Assembly: GCA_009841045.1 (NCBI GenBank)
Contig: VXMO01000056.1
Coordinates: 206-64,205, forward strand
Source: Dehalococcoidia bacterium
GTDB taxonomy: Bacteria > Chloroflexota > Dehalococcoidia > UBA6926
Direction of reading: 5' to 3'
DNA length: 64,000 nucleotides
Shown: piece after piece, positions 59,872 to 64,000 of the stretch
How the letters are laid out: every line of letters begins with the position of its first letter
How positions within the stretch are numbered: position 1 is the first letter of the stretch
Program-made: the position numbers and the translations under genes
Notes under the pieces: generated by a model
Databases searched by the model: none
The model's input: only the letters and a program-made list of their open reading frames with translations
What the model was told of the DNA's origin: nothing

Positions 59872-61388
59872 CGCGCGCCTCCTACCGGCTCGGCTGCGGC
59901 CCGATTCAAGCGGTCATTTGTTAGGTCTTCTCCTGCATCCAGCGCCGCCAGCATCCCACGCGCCTTTGCCAAAGACTCTTCGTATTCGGACCGCGGGACA
60001 CTGTCGTACACCAGGCCTCCGCCTGCCTGCACGGTCGCCAGACCGTCCTTCATCACGACGGTTCGAATGCAGATCGCCATGTCCATGTTCCCCATCTTGG
60101 AGAAATAGCCGACCGCGCCGCTGTACGGCCCGCGCTCGTGCGGCTCCTTGTCGGAGATGATCTCCATTGCCCGCACCTTTGGAGCGCCGGACAACGTTCC
60201 CGCAGGGAAGCAGGAACGCAGTGTGTCGAATGCAGTCAGCCCCTCTCGCAGCTTGCCCGTCACGTTTGAGACGATGTGCATCACGTGCGAATACCGTTCA
60301 ATCTCCATGAGCTTGGTAACGTTGACCGTGCCGGGCTCGCTGACCCGGCCGATGTCGTTCCGGCCCAGATCCACAAGCATGATGTGTTCTGCCCGCTCCT
60401 TCTCGTCCGTGATTAGCTCCTCAGCGAGCGCGTCGTCCTCCTCCGGTGTCTCGCCGCGCGGCTTCGTGCCCGCAATCGGGTGCGTTGTTGCCATCCCGTC
60501 TTCAACGCGAACGAGCATCTCCGGCGACGAGCCGATGATGTGAAAGTCGCCCATGTCCAGGAAGTACATGTAGGGTGAGGGATTCAACGTCCGCAGCGCG
60601 CGGTAGATGTCAAACGGGGCCGCGGACGTGCGCCGCGCCAGCCGCTGCGAAAGCACCACCTGTATGCACTCGCCTGCGGTGATCAACTCCCGTGCCTCCT
60701 CAACCTGCCGCATGAACGACTCCGGCGTGTGGTTGGACGTCAACTCGCTCCTGTAATCATCCACGTCGCCGGGATCGAGACAAGAGTTACCGTCGACGCT
60801 GCCCGTTTGCAGTCTCAGGATGATGTTGTCGATGCGCTCTATCGCGTGCTGATAGGACGCGTAGATCTGGTCATCATCCCCTTCCAGTGACACATAGTTG
60901 ACGACCTTGATGACGTGTTTAACGTGGTCGAAGATGAGCAGCGTGTCGGTCAACATGAACACGGATTCCGGCAGCTGCATCGGATCGGGATTCTCGTTGC
61001 GCGGCACACGCGGCTCAAAGTGATGGACGGCCTCATAAGCAATGAAACCGACCGCGCCGCCAAGAAAACGCGGCAATCCGGGCACCTGGACGGGCGTGAC
61101 ACCCTCCAGTTCATTCTCGATGAGTGTCAACGGATCAGTGCTGCCATTCTCAGTTCCCGGCCCGGTCCTGATGACCTTGGTGGGCAGGGTGCCGATGAAG
61201 CTGTAACGGGCTACCCGTTCGCCGCCCTCCACACTCTCCAACAGGAATGAGGGCGCTTCCTGCGCCACCTTGAGGTAGGCGGTGACGGGGGTCTCCATAT
61301 CCGCGGGGATGTCACGCCAGACGGGCGCAGTGTTCCCTTGGCCGCGCATCGCGCATACCTCATCCACGCTTGGGAAATACGTTGCCAT
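59868..61388 (-). CDS. trpE: Anthranilate synthase component I
   Basis: LLESVEGGE..RYSFIG, FPAGTLSGAPKVRAMEII, GGGLVYDS. ATG at 61388; the alternative GTG at 61394 is too close to the SD. Confidence 0.95.
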   Translation of the reverse strand: MATYFPSVDEVCAMRGQGNTAPVWRDIPADMETPVTAYLKVAQEAPSFLLESVEGGERVARYSFIGTLPTKVIRTGPGTENGSTDPLTLIENELEGVTPVQVPGLPRFLGGAVGFIAYEAVHHFEPRVPRNENPDPMQLPESVFMLTDTLLIFDHVKHVIKVVNYVSLEGDDDQIYASYQHAIERIDNIILRLQTGSVDGNSCLDPGDVDDYRSELTSNHTPESFMRQVEEARELITAGECIQVVLSQRLARRTSAAPFDIYRALRTLNPSPYMYFLDMGDFHIIGSSPEMLVRVEDGMATTHPIAGTKPRGETPEEDDALAEELITDEKERAEHIMLVDLGRNDIGRVSEPGTVNVTKLMEIERYSHVMHIVSNVTGKLREGLTAFDTLRSCFPAGTLSGAPKVRAMEIISDKEPHERGPYSGAVGYFSKMGNMDMAICIRTVVMKDGLATVQAGGGLVYDSVPRSEYEESLAKARGMLAALDAGEDLTNDRLNRAAAEPVGGAR

Positions 61389-61440
61389 TTCCACTCACGC
61401 CTTTCTACTTCTCCCTCGTTCTCCTCTGATCTGGAGGGAC

Positions 61441-61472
61441 AAACAAAAAGCCCGTCCCTCAAAGGGACGGGT
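61441..61472 (-). terminator. T-box terminator hairpin with U-tract immediately upstream of trpE
   Basis: Minus strand CCCGTCCCTTTGAGGGACGGG followed by CTTTTTGTTT. Confidence 0.85.
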
Positions 61473-61768
61473 CCTCGTTTCGCGTGGATTCCCGCGGTGC
61501 CACCCTTATTCCCTCGCCTGCTCGGCGAGAGCGCTTGCTAGGTACTTCCCGCTGGCCTCAGCCTGCGGGGGTATACCGTGGACGTGTAACGGCGTCCCAA
61601 CCCGTCGGAGCCTACTGAGTTGCGGCTTTCGCCACCCCGTTCGGTCCGCGGCTCCCGAGTCCATTCCCGTCCTGTCCGGCGTCGGGATTCCACCTGGCCC
61701 CGACTCTCTGCAGCCTGACGATGGACGGTACTACTCTCGTTCCTCGCCTTTGGTTCCCTATTCAGTTT
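61441..61768 (-). promoter_or_regulatory. T-box riboswitch leader, predicted tRNA-Trp specific
   Basis: Conserved T-box sequence AAUAAGGGUGGCACCGCGGGAAU (61488-61510, minus). Stem I-like GAACGAGAGUAGUA and GCAGAGAGU elements. Candidate specifier UGG in GAAUGGAC (61661-61663). Terminator follows. Lies upstream of trpE. Confidence 0.85.
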
Positions 61769-61774
61769 TCAAGA

Positions 61775-61803
61775 ATCCTACTTGCGAAGGCCCTTCTTGT
61801 CAA
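61775..61803 (-). promoter_or_regulatory. Sigma-70 promoter of the T-box/trp operon
   Basis: Minus strand TTGACA-17 nt-TAGGAT. Confidence 0.7.
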
Positions 61804-61843
61804 TCAGAAGCACCCCGCCAATGACACGGTAGCTGGGACGGGC

Positions 61844-61864
61844 CGGCCTGAGATTCTCAGGCCG
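61844..61864 (-). terminator. GC-rich hairpin after the FN3 protein gene
   Basis: CGGCCTGAG-ATT-CTCAGGCCG (9 bp), about 50 nt after the stop. No U-tract. Confidence 0.4.
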
Positions 61865-61912
61865 ACCCTACTCCGTAAGGGTGTGGGAGGACGTGTTGAT
61901 GCAGGGCAGCGC

Positions 61913-63052
61913 TTACCCGTGAACAAGCATGTGGCGGGAGTAAGAGGTTCCATCGTTGAAATGTGCGGTAATCAGGTAGAGGCGCATCTCAACCGCGTCT
62001 GCCTCAAGCTCAACTGTATCCGCCGCTTCTGCCGCAGTTGGCTGATCATCCCGGTCCGTCGGCTGCCGCGCAGGAATGCGCATCCCTGTCAATGGAGTGT
62101 CACGATGGAAACCCGGCCTCGCTATAGTCCCGGAGAGGTAGGGCGTTTGCCAATTGAGAGCGGAATCAACAAGTGTCTCTGGCGCCGTCACATTGCCGTC
62201 AATGTCTTGCCGGATGTTTGAAAGTCCATCGCAGCTCCATTCAAAGTGACTCAGAGAGCCCAACGAATCGGCGACCGCGACGGGGACACATGTATCCGGA
62301 AGGACAAGGGATACGCCTGGCGTGCCTCCAATGTCGGCCGGCGTGTTGTCAAGCGCGTGCCTGATGTTGAAGTTGTAGGTGAATATCAGCCTCTGGATGG
62401 TGTAGTGCTCCAGGCGGTCCGCGTTGCGGTTGTGCCACTCGGTCCAGTCCATGTGGTACACGCCGCCGTCTCGCATCGTGGTAATCCCAAAGCTGTTGGC
62501 CGCGCAACTGGTCGCCGTTCCATCAGCTACCTGATCCCCACACTCGTCCGAAGTCGTTGGAATCGGGACTTGAACCTGCTGCTGTTGCCTTGGGGCAATT
62601 GCCTGTTCCGAAGAATCCTTTTTGGACTGTTCGCTGGCCGCTTCGCCGTAGGCCACCTCGCTCCAGGCCGATTTACGTCCATCAGTGAAGCGCGCGCGAA
62701 CCTTTGCCTTGTACCGGGCCCCTGGGGTCAGGTCGTTGACGACGTATCTCGCTTCGGTAACAAAGGCGTTGCCCTCATTCGCAGCAAGCTTCTTGAAGCC
62801 TTCGCCTTCTGGAGCCCATGACACGCGATAGTTTTCAGGCTGTTCGGATGGCTCCGACCAGGTGATGACAATCTGCCCGCTTTCGGTGCCTGGCGCGATG
62901 TTGACGCCGGTGACAGGATCTTCCAAAGCCCGCACTCCGGTGGCAGTGGTCGACATCAGAACTGCCACCAGAGTTGCGATAAGAAACCCAACAAGGAGGG
63001 AGAAAAGACGGGAATTGAGACGGAGATTGGAAGGAAGTGTAGGAAAACGCAT
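61913..63052 (-). CDS. Secreted or membrane-anchored protein with an N-terminal fibronectin type III-like domain and an unknown Cys-containing C-terminal domain
   Basis: N-terminal hydrophobic segment. FN3-like ITWSEPSEQPENYRVSWAPEG...LTPGARYKAKVRARF. SD GGAGG 7 nt upstream. Confidence 0.75.
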   Translation of the reverse strand: MRFPTLPSNLRLNSRLFSLLVGFLIATLVAVLMSTTATGVRALEDPVTGVNIAPGTESGQIVITWSEPSEQPENYRVSWAPEGEGFKKLAANEGNAFVTEARYVVNDLTPGARYKAKVRARFTDGRKSAWSEVAYGEAASEQSKKDSSEQAIAPRQQQQVQVPIPTTSDECGDQVADGTATSCAANSFGITTMRDGGVYHMDWTEWHNRNADRLEHYTIQRLIFTYNFNIRHALDNTPADIGGTPGVSLVLPDTCVPVAVADSLGSLSHFEWSCDGLSNIRQDIDGNVTAPETLVDSALNWQTPYLSGTIARPGFHRDTPLTGMRIPARQPTDRDDQPTAAEAADTVELEADAVEMRLYLITAHFNDGTSYSRHMLVHG

Positions 63053-63203
63053 AACACACCTCCATATGCGCTGCCCGCAGGAGGGGTGGCGTAAAGAAAG
63101 GGCCGACTAAGAAAGAAAGTACGGGTTCCCGGGGAGGGAATGCCAAGGCGCCGATGTTGCGGGCCTAGTGTGGACTGGGGGGGATGAACGGAAGTCTAGG
63201 CCG

Positions 63204-63233
63204 ACTATAGAGGATCATGGGGAATATTGTCAA
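63204..63233 (-). promoter_or_regulatory. Sigma-70 promoter for the FN3 protein gene
   Basis: Minus strand TTGACA-18 nt-TATAGT, about 150 nt upstream of the ATG. Confidence 0.65.
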
Positions 63234-63295
63234 TCGCTACAACTATTGTCTTTTGATTCCGATCACATTTGTATCGGGCCGCTAGAGGACTCCGT

Positions 63296-63895
63296 CTATG
63301 GCTCGCTCAGAGATACCTGCCTCCTGGATATATAGACAGCCGGCCCCTTTCCCAACTGACTCTCCATCAGTGTCACTGAGTCAACACGGAATGTGATTGA
63401 GGAAATTGATGGTGCATTTATTGGGTCAAGCCGCCATCTATGTCCACGCCGCACACGCCCCAGGGTTATGTGCGGCTGAAATGCGCGGGACTCCACCCGC
63501 AAGCGGACGCTCCTCACGGCAGCAGTTACCCGCTCATACAGACTGCTCAGACCGTCTACATCACCTTCAGGACCGGCCCATACCACCTGCGCCCCGCCCT
63601 TGCGTCGTCTGTCACCGAATGTGCCTAAACTTCCCAAACCCAATTCGAAAGACTCGACGCCTGCCGTTTCTTTCCGGAGCGCATCGATTAGCGGCGCAGC
63701 CGCGCTTTCTGTGATTTGGCCAAGGAATGCCAAGGTGATATGCAGTGCGTCCGTTGCTACCCAGCGCACTGCTTCGTCTGTATCGCGCTGCCTGAGTTGT
63801 CTGACCACCGCTTCAAGTTCTGTCTTGGCGCTCAGTGGCGGGACTACAGCAACGAACGCTCGGAAGGAAGGCGGGGTGGGGGAGTCTGCCGTCAC
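63296..63895 (-). CDS. thpR: RNA 2',3'-cyclic phosphodiesterase (2H family, LigT/ThpR)
   Basis: Two HxT motifs (LHITLAFLG and PHITLGR). The likely GTG start at 63895 overlaps the upstream stop (GTGA). The track ORF extends to 63952. Confidence 0.85.
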   Translation of the reverse strand: MTADSPTPPSFRAFVAVVPPLSAKTELEAVVRQLRQRDTDEAVRWVATDALHITLAFLGQITESAAAPLIDALRKETAGVESFELGLGSLGTFGDRRRKGGAQVVWAGPEGDVDGLSSLYERVTAAVRSVRLRVESRAFQPHITLGRVRRGHRWRLDPINAPSISSITFRVDSVTLMESQLGKGPAVYISRRQVSLSEP

Positions 63896-64000
63896 GCGGG
63901 GATAGCTCCCACTCTCCTCAAGAATTTCTCCGCATTGTGCTGGAGCACGCACTCCATCTCCTCTGACGTCAGCCCGGCCTTATCGAGATACTGAATCACT
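63892..64000 (-). CDS. 3' end of an upstream gene (amidohydrolase-like C-terminus), partial
   Basis: Open frame from the window edge: ...IQYLDKAGLTSEEMECVLQHNAEKFLRRVGAIPA then TGA. Confidence 0.45.
   Translation of the reverse strand, partial: VIQYLDKAGLTSEEMECVLQHNAEKFLRRVGAIPA

Noticed and set aside
61282-61824. 180-aa plus-strand ORF upstream of trpE
   Set aside because: It overlaps the minus-strand T-box leader, terminator and promoter. The region is explained by the regulatory RNA.
1-64000. Search for tRNA/rRNA genes, transposases, integrases, phage genes, toxin-antitoxin pairs and defence systems
   Set aside because: No T-loop or acceptor-stem signatures were seen in the intergenic regions I examined by eye. 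I did not systematically scan the full 64 kb for tRNA signatures. Every sizeable ORF has a housekeeping or metabolic assignment. Apart from the intragenic duplications, no repeats were noticed between separate loci, although I did not compare them systematically.

Overview
High-GC (~60%) bacterial chromosome segment, almost entirely core housekeeping. Lineage is a guess from T-box use, Pro/Thr linkers and operon layout: Chloroflexota-like or another Terrabacteria group. The centre (23.5-45.3 kb, minus strand) is one long ribosomal super-operon: rpsL-rpsG-fusA, then S10/spc/alpha genes through rpoA-rplQ-truA-rplM-rpsI. It has a near-consensus promoter upstream of rpsL, and I added rpmJ and rpsU, which are too short for the ORF track. 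The left side carries a lipoprotein/OmpR-type two-component unit, an aapJQMP-like amino-acid ABC operon, proVWX, a small aminotransferase/amidohydrolase/M20 group, rpiB and assorted enzymes. The right side carries lysA, holB and a trp operon (trpE-trpG-MFS-trpD ... trpC-trpF-trpB), headed by a clear tRNA-Trp T-box leader with promoter and terminator. I found no transposase, integrase, CRISPR array, tRNA, rRNA or recognisable defence or toxin system, and no convincing novel multi-gene system. The most unusual observations are: (1) low-complexity charged extensions on L13 (four tandem Arg5-containing repeats), S5, S3, L5 and RpoA; (2) a promoter-driven cassette of three small membrane ORFs lying antisense inside the trp operon; (3) an MFS transporter under T-box control, with trpA absent; (4) a possible promoter-plus-terminator small RNA between holB and trpB; (5) a duplicated-domain lipoprotein upstream of the two-component genes. 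Many long ORFs in the track are antisense artefacts or over-extended starts.
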